63,790 nucleotides of DNA from Solirubrobacteraceae bacterium (GCA_051001875.1 JBPCMW010000031.1:1-63790), one strand, 5' to 3'; counted from the stretch's first letter, positions 1 to 9,042 are shown. Translations and numbers: made by a program. Notes: generated from the sequence alone by a model not told the origin.

Positions 1-31
1 CCGACACCGTGATCTGCTTGATGACACCCAT
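1..31 (-). CDS. 5' end of a possible gene running off the window (MGVIKQITVS...)
   Basis: ATG at 31 on the minus strand with GGAG about 7 nt upstream; only 10 codons visible. Confidence 0.3.
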   Translation of the reverse strand, partial: MGVIKQITVS

Positions 32-196
32 CGCCAGCTCCAGTCTCGCCGAACAAGTCGACAAGAAGTTCTGGGTGACAGGCAGGACACCTACACGACT
101 CAACGAACTTGAAGGATGAACCACTAGTTCGTGCAACCGCGGTGGGACCGCATCGGCGGTGGCCGCTGATCGCGCACATCCCAACGGAGACCGACT

Positions 197-958
197 ATGT
201 TCACCGGAATGCTTCCAGCCCGCGGATCGTCGAAGCGAAAGCGGCATGCGCTGGACCTGTTCGCAGGACTGCCCCGCCACTACGACCTGATCGCGGCGCT
301 GTTCAGCTTTGGACAGGATCCCCGCTGGCGACGGACGATGGTCGCAGCGCTGCGCCCCTCCTCCGAGGACCGGGTGCTGGATGTGGCGACGGGCACCGGG
401 ATGGTCGCGGCGGCACTTGTCCGCAGCAGCGGATGCTCCGTCGTGGCGCTGGATCAAAGCGCCCCCATGCTGGAGGGCGCGCGACGCCGGATCGAGGACG
501 ACACGATGCTCCGAGACCGCGTCTCGCTGGTACGGGGCGAGGCCGAAGCCCTCCCGTTCGCGGACAACGAGTTCGATGCGCTCACCTTCACCTACCTACT
601 CCGTTACGTCGATGATCCGGCAGCGACGCTGCGCGAGCTCAGCCGCGTCCTCAAGCCCGGCGGCCGGATTGCCTCGCTCGAGTTCGCAGTTCCCCCGCGA
701 CGCCTGACGCGTCTAGCCTGGCGCCTCTACACCTGGGTCGGCCTACCGGTCCTCGGCCGCCTGGTCTCGCGTGACTGGTATCAAGTCGGTCGGTTCCTCG
801 GCCCGAGCATCGCCGGCTTCTACGAGCGTTATCCGCTCGAGCGCGTGGTGGAACTCTGGCGTGATGCTGGCATCGACCCCGTCACGGTGCGACAGATGAG
901 CCTCGGCGGTGGGGTGGTCATGTGGGGGGTGAAGCGGGATCTCGGCGCCGCCGCTTGA
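197..958 (+). CDS. UbiE/MenG-like class I SAM-dependent methyltransferase
   Basis: YDL..FSFGQDPRWRR, VLDVATGTG, AEALPF.DNEFD, LRNV-like LRYVDD and RVLKPGGR motifs. Confidence 0.85.
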   Translation: MFTGMLPARGSSKRKRHALDLFAGLPRHYDLIAALFSFGQDPRWRRTMVAALRPSSEDRVLDVATGTGMVAAALVRSSGCSVVALDQSAPMLEGARRRIEDDTMLRDRVSLVRGEAEALPFADNEFDALTFTYLLRYVDDPAATLRELSRVLKPGGRIASLEFAVPPRRLTRLAWRLYTWVGLPVLGRLVSRDWYQVGRFLGPSIAGFYERYPLERVVELWRDAGIDPVTVRQMSLGGGVVMWGVKRDLGAAA

Positions 959-1676
959 GCGCCCGGCGTTCTACGCTCGCAGCGGAGGCATCGCGAGCGA
1001 TCTCATCACGCTGCTACACCCGCCGTACACCGCCTGGCATCTGAGCTACGTCGTGCTCGGCGCGGTGGCGGCCCCGAGAGTTCACGGCGACCGCGTGGTG
1101 GCGGCGCTGATCGCCTTCTTCCTCGCCGTGGGAGTCGGGGCGCACGCGTTCGACGAACTCCACGACCGGCCGCTGCGTACCCGCCTCTCGGACCGTACGC
1201 TCGCGGTCATCGGCGTTGCCGGGCTCCTTGGCGCGGTCGGCATCGGTGTCGCAGGGATCGTGACGGTGTCGATCACGCTCGCGCCTCTCGTGTTGTTCGG
1301 CGCGGCGGTCTGCCTGGCCTACAACCTCGAGCTGCTCGGCGGGCGATTCCACAACGATGCGTGGTTCGCGCTCGCCTGGGGGGCGTTCCCGGCCGTGACC
1401 GGCTACTGGGTCAATGCCCTGCGCATCTCGGTCGCCGGCGTGCTCGTCGCCGCGGCGTGCGTCGGCTTCAGCGTCTTGCAACGACGCCTGAGCACGGCCG
1501 CGCGACTGCTGCGCCGCAGGACGGAGTCTGTGACCGGCGAGCAGCGGCTCACGGATGGCACGTCGATCGAGTTGTCGCGGTCGGTGCTGCTGGCCCCACT
1601 CGACGGTGCACTGCGGTCGATGTCCGTCGCGATCACGCTGCTGGCCGCCGGCCTGCTCGCCGCGCGGCTGGCATGA
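955..1676 (+). CDS. UbiA-like polytopic membrane protein (start uncertain or frameshifted)
   Basis: Several TM helices with an Asp-rich HAFDELHDRP loop; the frame stays open upstream of 1053 (RPAFYA...LLHPPYTAWHLSY) with no in-frame ATG/GTG/TTG. Confidence 0.6.
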
Positions 1677-2236
1677 GCGACCCGCCCGACAGCGTCGACC
1701 TGGATCTCTGGCTGCCCGACCCCACGGTCCGGACCTACCACCGGCGAGAGGCCGCCACTGACCCGGCGGTGCTGTGGGCCGCGGCCGGGAGCGTGCAGAT
1801 CGGAGAGTCGGGGCTGCTCGGTCGACTCATACGCTGGCGCATCCCCGGGGCCACGCGCGACCAGACGTACCGCGATATGTTCGCAGCCGATCCCTTCGTG
1901 GTGCTAGACCAGGGCGAGCGTCATCTGCTCGCCGGCCTCTGCGGCACGATCTGGACGGCGCGGCCGGCGCTTGCCACTCTGACGGCCCCATCGGACTTCC
2001 GCGAGTGGCGCGCACCGGGGACCGTGAAGGTCCTGTTCGCCCAATGGGCGGCGCCCACGCGTGAGGGCGCAGTCTTGGTAAGTGAGGTTCGCATCGCTCC
2101 GATCGACCGGAGCGCACGGCTGCGACTGCGGGGTCTGTGGCCGCTGATCGGCCGCTTCGAGGGCCTGATCGGGAGCGAGCCTCTGCGGCTGGCGGCTCGC
2201 CGTGCGGTGGAGAGGGCGGCACGGCCGAAGACCTAG
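1673..2236 (+). CDS. Hypothetical protein, possibly SRPBCC-like fold
   Basis: ATGA overlap with the upstream stop; globular sequence MSDPPDSVDLDLWLPDP... Confidence 0.7.
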   Translation: MSDPPDSVDLDLWLPDPTVRTYHRREAATDPAVLWAAAGSVQIGESGLLGRLIRWRIPGATRDQTYRDMFAADPFVVLDQGERHLLAGLCGTIWTARPALATLTAPSDFREWRAPGTVKVLFAQWAAPTREGAVLVSEVRIAPIDRSARLRLRGLWPLIGRFEGLIGSEPLRLAARRAVERAARPKT

Positions 2237-2270
2237 CCCGAACTGGACCAGGCTTCAGCCGGCAGCACCG

Positions 2271-2492
2271 TCAGTAAAGACTCGTGATCTGCCTGATCTC
2301 GTCCGGGGAGTAGCCGGCGCGCAGATACGTGTCGTGAAGTCGCACGGAGGTCAGCGCCCCCTGGACCCGGCGGATGTCATCGGGCGACCAGCCGACGGCG
2401 ATCATCTTCGCCCGGAGGCGGACCCGCGCAGGTTCAGGTGAAACGGTGGCCGTCGATGACGGCACCGGCATATTGGTCAAGGTTGCGGACAT
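2271..2492 (-). CDS. Small hypothetical protein with an internal duplicated motif
   Basis: GAAGGGA RBS upstream of ATG; motifs GWSPDDIRRV and GYSPDEIRQI. Confidence 0.6.
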   Translation of the reverse strand: MSATLTNMPVPSSTATVSPEPARVRLRAKMIAVGWSPDDIRRVQGALTSVRLHDTYLRAGYSPDEIRQITSLY

Positions 2493-2636
2493 GGGCTGAA
2501 TCCCTTCGATGGGTGACGCTGCTCAGGTTGTCGGCCGGTTCGCGCGCCGACTGAAGCGCGTCCCGAGAATTCTGCACGCGCTCGGTGGCTGAGAGCCGGC
2601 GCGGGACCGACGTGGGTCCTGGTTAGCTGACCCGTT

Positions 2637-3212
2637 TCACGGTGCTCGCAGCATGTCGATCACGAGCTCCAGGTGGCGTCGCCAGTCAAAGGCTGCCCCT
2701 TGATGAGCCGTGGTGGCCGACACCCCGCACATCAACATCGCGATGTCGCTCGCGACGATGTCCGGGCGCATGGAACCGGCTCGTTGCACGCGCGCGATCA
2801 GCTCGCCGGTGCACTCGTAAAGTTCCTCCTGCACGGTCAGGGCCTCGTCCCAGATGTGCTGGCCAACACCGGTGAGCGCGTGCTGCATGGCGGCGTCCCG
2901 CGCGCACTCTCCCGCGTTGCGGCGCAGCATGTCCGCGAACACCTCGAACGGCTCGCCGTCACGTTGCAGCGCCTCGCGCACGCCGTCGAGAAGAAACTGG
3001 AACTTCTGCCGCACGAGCTCCGCCAGCAGGGCGTCTTTGGTCGGGAAATGGCGGTAAACGGTGCCGACTCCGACCTGCGCCCGTTCGGCGACGTCATCCA
3101 TCTGTGCTTCGGCGCCGTGCTGTGCGAATACTTCCTTGGCGCTTTGCAGGATGCGCTCGCGATTGCGGCGTGCATCTGCCCGGAGCGGGCGCTCGGCCTG
3201 GGTCGTGGTCAT
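2637..3212 (-). CDS. TetR/AcrR family transcriptional regulator
   Basis: LRADARRNRERIL...DVAERAQVGVGTVYRHFPTKDAL HTH; divergent from an MFS gene. Confidence 0.93.
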   Translation of the reverse strand: MTTTQAERPLRADARRNRERILQSAKEVFAQHGAEAQMDDVAERAQVGVGTVYRHFPTKDALLAELVRQKFQFLLDGVREALQRDGEPFEVFADMLRRNAGECARDAAMQHALTGVGQHIWDEALTVQEELYECTGELIARVQRAGSMRPDIVASDIAMLMCGVSATTAHQGAAFDWRRHLELVIDMLRAP

Positions 3213-3236
3213 CACAGTCTCTTCACGCGGATGGGC

Positions 3237-3290
3237 TTGACAAACGGAACCGTAGTTCACTATCGTCGAGAACGCAAGCGGAACCGGAGG
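3237..3290 (+). promoter_or_regulatory. Sigma-70 promoter and probable TetR operators for the MFS gene
   Basis: TTGACA (3237)-N18-TATCGT (3261); direct repeat AAACGGAACCG/AAGCGGAACCG at 3242 and 3276; GGAGG RBS at 3286. Confidence 0.6.
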
Positions 3291-3299
3291 TCAGCTTCC

Positions 3300-4793
3300 A
3301 TGTCATCGATACCCCACACTACAGCGCCGGACTACACCCCCCGCGCGAAGAACCTCGCCTTGATCCTTTTGGCGATGACGCAGTTCGTGATTGTGATCGA
3401 TGCGTCGATCGTCAATGTCGCGCTTCCGTCGATCGGCACTGCCCTCCATTTCGCCCGAGCAGATCTCTCCTGGGTGGTGAACGCGTACACGCTCACGTTC
3501 GGAGGATTCCTCCTGCTGGGAGGCCGGCTGGCCGACCTGCTCGGCCGCCGCCGCATGTTCATGCTCGGTCTGGTGGTTTTCTCTGTCGCCTCGTTCGCCG
3601 GTGGGGTCGCGCAATCCGAAGGGTGGCTGATCGCAGCCCGCGCGATTCAGGGCTTGGGTGCGGCGATCGTCTCCCCGGCCGCACTCTCGATCATCACCAC
3701 GACCTTTGCCGAGGGCGCTGAGCGTAATCGCGCGCTCGGCATCTGGGGCGCCGTCGCCGGTGCCGGGGGTGCGGCAGGCGTGCTCCTGGGGGGCATCCTG
3801 ACCAGCGGTCTGAGTTGGCGCTGGGTTCTGTTCGTCAACGTCCCGATCGGACTGCTTGCCGCGGCACTCGCCCCGCGGACACTGCTCGAGAGCAGATCAG
3901 AGGACGAGCGCAGGAGCTTCGATCTGCCCGGCGCCATCACCGTTACCGCCGGCCTCGCGCTGCTCGTCTACGCCGTGGTGGACGCCGTCAACTCCGGTTG
4001 GGGCTCGACCACCACGCTGGTGCGGCTCGGCATCGCCGCGGTGCTGCTGGTCGCGTTCCTCGTCATTGAGGTTCGAGAGCGCCACCCGCTGATGCCCTTC
4101 TCGATCTTCCGTCTGCGCACTCTGCGCGGGGCGAACATCGTCGGGCTGCTGATCGGCATGTCCCTGTTCTCGATGTTCTTCTTCATCTCGCTCTACCTCC
4201 AGCAGGTCCTGCAGTACTCGGCGATCAGGACCGGGCTCGCCTACCTTCCGCTGGCGGTGGGGATCATCGTGTCCGCGGGAGCCGCCTCCCAGCTGGTGAC
4301 CCGCGTCGGCTTCAAGCCCCCTCTGATCGCCGGCATGCTGCTGGTCGCGGGTGGCCTGCTGTGGTTCTCGCAGGTGCCGGCGACCGGCGGCTCGTTCACC
4401 GCCGATGTTCTCGGCCCGTCGTTGCTGGCCGCGTTCGGGCTTGGATTCGCGTTCGTACCGGTGACCATCGCCGCCGTGACCGGCACCCAGGCTGGAGAAG
4501 CGGGGCTCGCATCCGGGTTGATCAACACCTCTCAGCAGGTCGGCGGCGCCCTCGGGCTGGCAATCCTTGCGACGATCGCCAACACCCGGACGCAAAGTCT
4601 GTTCCACGCCGGTGTTCACAACGCCTCCGTCGCATTGACCAAGGGCTTCGATCGCGCCTTCCTCGTCGGCTCGGGATTTGCCCTCGCCGGCGCTGTCCTC
4701 GCCGCCTTGCTGATCTCCTCACGCGACAGCCGCGAGCAGGCTCAGGCTATCCGCGACGAGGGATCGTCGGCCGTTCCCGTCGCCACCGGCTGA
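3300..4793 (+). CDS. DHA2 (EmrB/QacA) MFS efflux transporter
   Basis: DASIVNVALP, WVVNAYTL, GRLADLLGRR and WRWVLFVNVPIG motifs; about 14 TM. Confidence 0.93.
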   Translation: MSSIPHTTAPDYTPRAKNLALILLAMTQFVIVIDASIVNVALPSIGTALHFARADLSWVVNAYTLTFGGFLLLGGRLADLLGRRRMFMLGLVVFSVASFAGGVAQSEGWLIAARAIQGLGAAIVSPAALSIITTTFAEGAERNRALGIWGAVAGAGGAAGVLLGGILTSGLSWRWVLFVNVPIGLLAAALAPRTLLESRSEDERRSFDLPGAITVTAGLALLVYAVVDAVNSGWGSTTTLVRLGIAAVLLVAFLVIEVRERHPLMPFSIFRLRTLRGANIVGLLIGMSLFSMFFFISLYLQQVLQYSAIRTGLAYLPLAVGIIVSAGAASQLVTRVGFKPPLIAGMLLVAGGLLWFSQVPATGGSFTADVLGPSLLAAFGLGFAFVPVTIAAVTGTQAGEAGLASGLINTSQQVGGALGLAILATIANTRTQSLFHAGVHNASVALTKGFDRAFLVGSGFALAGAVLAALLISSRDSREQAQAIRDEGSSAVPVATG

Positions 4794-5029
4794 ATCTGAA
4801 GCACTAGCGCAGGCGAGCGTCGAGCCGGATCGTCCACGAATCGATCGTGACAACCCGGAGATGCGCCTCACTCCATGGATCTTCGGCGAGTGTCGCGCAC
4901 CGCCGCCTCCGAGTCGGCCTGTACCGCATGGACCATCGATCGCCGACTGCCAACCGCGTGTCCACGGGCCGGCTGTCTTGAGTCCTCGGGCCGCCGTCGC
5001 TTGAGGTGGCGCGCCCTAGACTCGTGTAG

Positions 5030-5326
5030 ATGACGCTTACTCGGGCTCTTGGACAGTCGGCGCGACGCGGCCTGCCGGACGGCACGCGCGTCGCCGTCGG
5101 CCACGAAGAGCAACGACGGGCCACCCGATCGGACCGCCTGGCCGCGGGCACGCTGGCCTGCGCTCGGTGCGACGCGCCGGTCGCGATCGGCTCCGGCCGA
5201 CGGTCGCTGGCCGATTACCTCACCTGCCCGTTCTGCCGCCATCACGCCGCCGTCCGTGACTTTCTTTCCCTGGCGTCGCCGACGCGGCCGGTCCGCGTCG
5301 TCGTGCGTGCGGGCTATCGACCGTAG
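5030..5326 (+). CDS. Small zinc-ribbon-like hypothetical protein
   Basis: CARC...CPFC cysteine pairs; ends 9 nt before the hydrolase gene. Confidence 0.6.
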   Translation: MTLTRALGQSARRGLPDGTRVAVGHEEQRRATRSDRLAAGTLACARCDAPVAIGSGRRSLADYLTCPFCRHHAAVRDFLSLASPTRPVRVVVRAGYRP

Positions 5327-5335
5327 GTCTGCCGG

Positions 5336-6136
5336 ATGTTCTCTGGGTTCTCCGCGTCACATCGTGGTGGCTCGGGACCGCCGATGGTATGCCTGCATGG
5401 CTTCACCGACACCTGGCGGACCTGGGAGCTGGTGCTGCCGAGGTTGGAGCGCGACTACGACGTTCTGGCGCCGACCCTGCCCGGGCACGCCGGAGGTCCG
5501 CCGCTGGACCGGGAGTTCGAGGAGTCGCAGCTCACCGATGCGGTCGAGCGGGCCATGGACGCGGCCGGATTCGAGACCGCGCACATCGTCGGAAACTCGC
5601 TCGGCGGCTACGTGGCTCTCCAGCTCGCAGCGCGCGGGCGCGCGCAGTCCGTAGTCGCGCTTGCCCCGGCGGGTGGCTGGGCTGAGCACGACGACACGGA
5701 CAGGCAGACGCAGACTTACTTCACCACGATGCTGGACCTGGTGGCCACGGCGGCGCCGCATGCGGAGCAGATCGCCTCGACTGTGGAGGGACGCCGACGA
5801 GCGACGTTCTACACCACCTCGAATTTCGAGCACATTCCTCCAGCGCTGGTCGCTCACCAGATACGTGGCGCCGCGAACTGCGCAGGAGCACGGCCGATGA
5901 TCGAGTACGTGCTGAGCAAGAACTGGAATCTCGACGCGGAGCGGGTCCGCTGTCCTGTCCGCATCGTCTGGGGCACCGAGGACAAGATCCTGCGGTGGCC
6001 GTCCGCAGCCGCGCGCTTTCAAAATGACTGGCTGCCGCACGCAGACTGGGTCGAGCTCCCGGATGTCGGACATTGCCCGCAGCTCGATGTCCCGCTGGAG
6101 ACCGCCCAGGTGATTTCCGAATTCACTAGAGGCTAA
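5336..6136 (+). CDS. Alpha/beta hydrolase
   Basis: LHGF, GNSLGG nucleophile elbow, GHCPQLD. Confidence 0.92.
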   Translation: MFSGFSASHRGGSGPPMVCLHGFTDTWRTWELVLPRLERDYDVLAPTLPGHAGGPPLDREFEESQLTDAVERAMDAAGFETAHIVGNSLGGYVALQLAARGRAQSVVALAPAGGWAEHDDTDRQTQTYFTTMLDLVATAAPHAEQIASTVEGRRRATFYTTSNFEHIPPALVAHQIRGAANCAGARPMIEYVLSKNWNLDAERVRCPVRIVWGTEDKILRWPSAAARFQNDWLPHADWVELPDVGHCPQLDVPLETAQVISEFTRG

Positions 6137-6298
6137 GTGGTTCCGTTCGTAAGTACGGCGACACCGAGAGCGGTCACCGGTGGATGCCTGGCAAGGACGC
6201 AGGATGCGATGTGCACCTCTGGTGCATGAGCATCCGAGGACAAAGTCAGGCGCCGCCGGGGGCCGCTCGAATGTCGTCGTATTTACGAAAGGAGCCAC
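6137..6298. mobile_element. 162-bp MITE/REPIN-like inverted-repeat element
   Basis: Terminal IR 23/27 identical (GTGGTTCCGTTCGTAAGTACGGCGACA); TAA on both flanks (6134-6136, 6299-6301); internal hairpin. Confidence 0.65.
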
Positions 6299-7044
6299 TA
6301 AGCGCGCTTCCGCAGCCCGACGACGTGCCTGAGCCAGGCGGCGAATAGTCGCCGCGCTAGCTGGGTCATCTCCCGCTCGTGGGCGCTGACCAGCTCAAGC
6401 AGACGGGGCAGGGCGCCCTCCCCCATGATCGCCTCCAGGCTGTCCGCATATGCCGGCACCTCTGCCCACTCCTGCGCGAGCGCACGATCGATTTCGATGT
6501 GGAACTGAAGCGCGTACGCCCGCCGGAACGAGAACGCCTGCTGCTCATAGGCGTGCGACCCAGCCAGCCGAACGGCACCCGCCGGGAGCCCAAAGGTGTC
6601 CCCATGCCACTGCAGTGCCTTGAACGCCGCAGGTGCGAGGGAGAATACGGGGTCTTCGGCGCCTTCCTGAGTTCGCTGCACGGGCAGCACGCCGACCTCC
6701 GGTTCCGCCCCTGGCGCGACCCACGCCCCCAGGCTGGCGGCCAGCAGCTGCGCACCGAGGCACACGCCCCAGAACGGCAGGTCTGAGCGAACTGCCTCGG
6801 CGATCAGCTCCTTCTCGGCGCCGAGCCACGGAAGGCGCTGATCCTCGTAGGCACCCATCGGACCACCCATTGCGACGATCCCGTCAAATCGCCGCCAATC
6901 AGGCAGGCCCTGTCCTTCGTCCACCTCGACCCGAGTCAACTCCACCCCCCACTCGACGAGCTCGTCCTCGTAGGCGCCGGGAGGCTCACAGGCAATGTGC
7001 TGCAGAACCAGCAGCTTTCCTGGCCGAGAACGGGTATAGCCCAC
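6298..7044 (-). CDS. Type 1 glutamine amidotransferase
   Basis: VLQH..EPPG, MGGPM, GVCLGAQLLA, QWHGD and QFHIE catalytic triad motifs; start uncertain. Confidence 0.9.
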   Translation of the reverse strand: MGYTRSRPGKLLVLQHIACEPPGAYEDELVEWGVELTRVEVDEGQGLPDWRRFDGIVAMGGPMGAYEDQRLPWLGAEKELIAEAVRSDLPFWGVCLGAQLLAASLGAWVAPGAEPEVGVLPVQRTQEGAEDPVFSLAPAAFKALQWHGDTFGLPAGAVRLAGSHAYEQQAFSFRRAYALQFHIEIDRALAQEWAEVPAYADSLEAIMGEGALPRLLELVSAHEREMTQLARRLFAAWLRHVVGLRKRA

Positions 7045-7046
7045 CC

Positions 7047-7487
7047 GTGCCAGCTTACGCCGGAGGATCCCAGGCAATCGTCAGCGCGTCCGCGCAGGAG
7101 ATCTTTGCGCTGATGCTCGACTTCGAGCGGCTACCCGAGTGGCAGCGCGCGGTCAAGTCGGCCACCGTGCTCTCGCGCGATCGCGAGGGACGGGCGCACG
7201 AGGTCGCCTACGAGATCGATGTGCGCGTCGGCGTCGTTCGCTACACGCTGCGCCACAGCTATGAGGTGCCCAGCCGGATCGGCAGCGTCTACGTCGAAGG
7301 CGACTTCCGCGATTGCGACGGAGAGTGGACGTTCGACGACCTCGGCGACGGCACGACGCAAGCGGGTTTCAGGCTGCAGATCGACCCGGGCCGGATCATC
7401 CCCCGCTCGATCGTGAGGATGCTCAACAAGCGGGTGATGAAGGGGTCGGTGGACGATCTCCAGCGCTACTACGCCAAGCGCGCCTGA
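7047..7487 (+). CDS. SRPBCC / polyketide cyclase (coenzyme Q-binding-like) protein
   Basis: EIFALMLDFERLPEWQ...VEGDFRDCDGEWTF; GTG start just after TATAGC. Confidence 0.85.
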   Translation: MPAYAGGSQAIVSASAQEIFALMLDFERLPEWQRAVKSATVLSRDREGRAHEVAYEIDVRVGVVRYTLRHSYEVPSRIGSVYVEGDFRDCDGEWTFDDLGDGTTQAGFRLQIDPGRIIPRSIVRMLNKRVMKGSVDDLQRYYAKRA

Positions 7488-7570
7488 GTCGGGAGGCGCA
7501 GGAGCGTCGTAGGCTTACCCGGTGCGTCGCGGGCCGCTGCGTCACCGTCAGTTCACGCTGCTGCGCGTCC

Positions 7571-7666
7571 GGGGTCCTCTTCAACGTTCTCTGGTTCACC
7601 GCGCTCCAGCACCACGTCCCGGCTGAGGAACTCTCACGCGTGAGCTCAGGGGACTACCTCGGCTCG
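7571..7666 (+). pseudogene. Remnant of an MFS transporter C-terminal region
   Basis: Translates to GVLFNVLWFTALQHHVPAEELSRVSSGDYLGS, resembling the LQ..VP...LSRVSS.D motif of DHA3-type MFS; no start or upstream continuation. Confidence 0.45.
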
Positions 7667-8058
7667 TCGGGCTCGCCGTCCCGGCCGTGCGTAACTTCAC
7701 GAGCGCGCCGGCCGACCCACCGAGCGTGTAGCGCCCCCGCTAGCGCACGCCCATCGGAGACCTGCCAGCAGAGTGCCGCGATGGCTGCCGCCATGATCAG
7801 GACCGCCGGCCACGCCCCGACGACATGCGCCAGCACATGCGAGAGCGCGAAGGCGAGCAGTCCGGCGATCGTCAGCAGCACGGCGGTCCTGCGGCCGTCA
7901 CGGCGCAACCACGTGGCGAGACATCCCAGACCGAAGCTGGCGAGCACCACACCGCCCAGCGGACGCGAGCCGGTACCAACCGCGACCGCGTAGCCCGCAA
8001 TCAGCCCCGCGGCCGCGATCGGTGCCGTGGGTATGCGCGGGTTGTGCTCTACGGCCAC
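7654..8058 (-). CDS. Small 4-TM membrane protein
   Basis: Hydrophobic helices; AGGAG RBS upstream of GTG. Confidence 0.8.
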   Translation of the reverse strand: MAVEHNPRIPTAPIAAAGLIAGYAVAVGTGSRPLGGVVLASFGLGCLATWLRRDGRRTAVLLTIAGLLAFALSHVLAHVVGAWPAVLIMAAAIAALCWQVSDGRALAGALHARWVGRRAREVTHGRDGEPDEPR

Positions 8059-8154
8059 CTGGTGCTCCTCTGCGGCGTCGTGGGTCGGGTCCCCTCCTCC
8101 AGCAGGCTACGCGACGCTCGCCTCGGGCGGTCGGTACGGACTACGCTGCGACGC

Positions 8155-9030
8155 TTGCACGAGTCACCTCCCACCTTCGACCTGCAGAGCCACTCCGAGC
8201 ATTCCGACGGAGCGCTCAGGCCGAGTGACGTGGTGCGGCTGGCGGCGGAGGCCGGCGTGGAGCTGCTGTCGCTGACCGACCATGACAGTGTCGACGGGGT
8301 GCCTGAGGCGACCGAGGCCGCGACAGCGCTGGGGCTGCGGCTCGTCTCGGGAGTGGAGATCTCGGCCCTCGATGAGGGCCACGGGGATCTGCACATCCTC
8401 GGCTACGGGATCGACGAGCGTGACGACACCCTGCGCGCGCGTCTGGAGACATTCCGCGGTGAACGCGAGCGGCGGGCCGAGGCGATGGCCGAGGCGATCA
8501 GGCAGCTCGGCTTCGAACTCGACGACCGGATCCTGCGCCGGCGAGCCCAGGAGGGAAAGTCGATTGGTCGTCCGCACCTGGCCGAGGCCGCGGTCGGACA
8601 TCCCGCCAACGCCGAGCGTCTGGCTCGAGAGGGCCGGCGCGATCCGACGGCCTTCCTGGTGGCATACCTGATCGAGGGAGCGCCGGCCTTCCGCCCGCGT
8701 GAGGCCCCGTCAGTCGAGCAGGCGATCGGGGTGATCCACGAGGCCGGAGGCGTCGCCATCTGGGCGCATCCGTTCTGGGACGTGGCGGAGCCGCCCGAGG
8801 TCCTCGCCGCGATCGATCGCTTCCGCGCGATCGGGCTGGAGGGCGTCGAGTGCTTCTACACCACCCACGACCGCCCGCAATCAGAGCTGCTGGCGGACCA
8901 CTGTGAGCATCTGGGGATGCTGAGCACCGGATCGTCTGACTTTCACGGCCCCCATCACCGGCAGTTCGCGCGCTTCCGTGCGTTCAGCACCTACGGCCGG
9001 GCAGCGAACCTTGGCCGGCTGGCCGGCTGA
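8155..9030 (+). CDS. PHP-domain phosphoesterase (TrpH/YciV-like)
   Basis: DLQSHSEHSDG, LTDHD, GVEIS, HILGY, GRPHLA, AHP and GSSDFHG motifs. Confidence 0.92.
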   Translation: MHESPPTFDLQSHSEHSDGALRPSDVVRLAAEAGVELLSLTDHDSVDGVPEATEAATALGLRLVSGVEISALDEGHGDLHILGYGIDERDDTLRARLETFRGERERRAEAMAEAIRQLGFELDDRILRRRAQEGKSIGRPHLAEAAVGHPANAERLAREGRRDPTAFLVAYLIEGAPAFRPREAPSVEQAIGVIHEAGGVAIWAHPFWDVAEPPEVLAAIDRFRAIGLEGVECFYTTHDRPQSELLADHCEHLGMLSTGSSDFHGPHHRQFARFRAFSTYGRAANLGRLAG

Positions 9031-9042
9031 CCTTCGCTTCGA

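Noticed and set aside
2673-3299. N-terminal extension of the 706-aa MFS ORF
   Set aside because: Overlaps tetR antisense; promoter and RBS support a start at 3300
4794-5029. Short ORFs and palindrome CACGAATCGATCGTG
   Set aside because: No RBS, motif or extended structure to support a call
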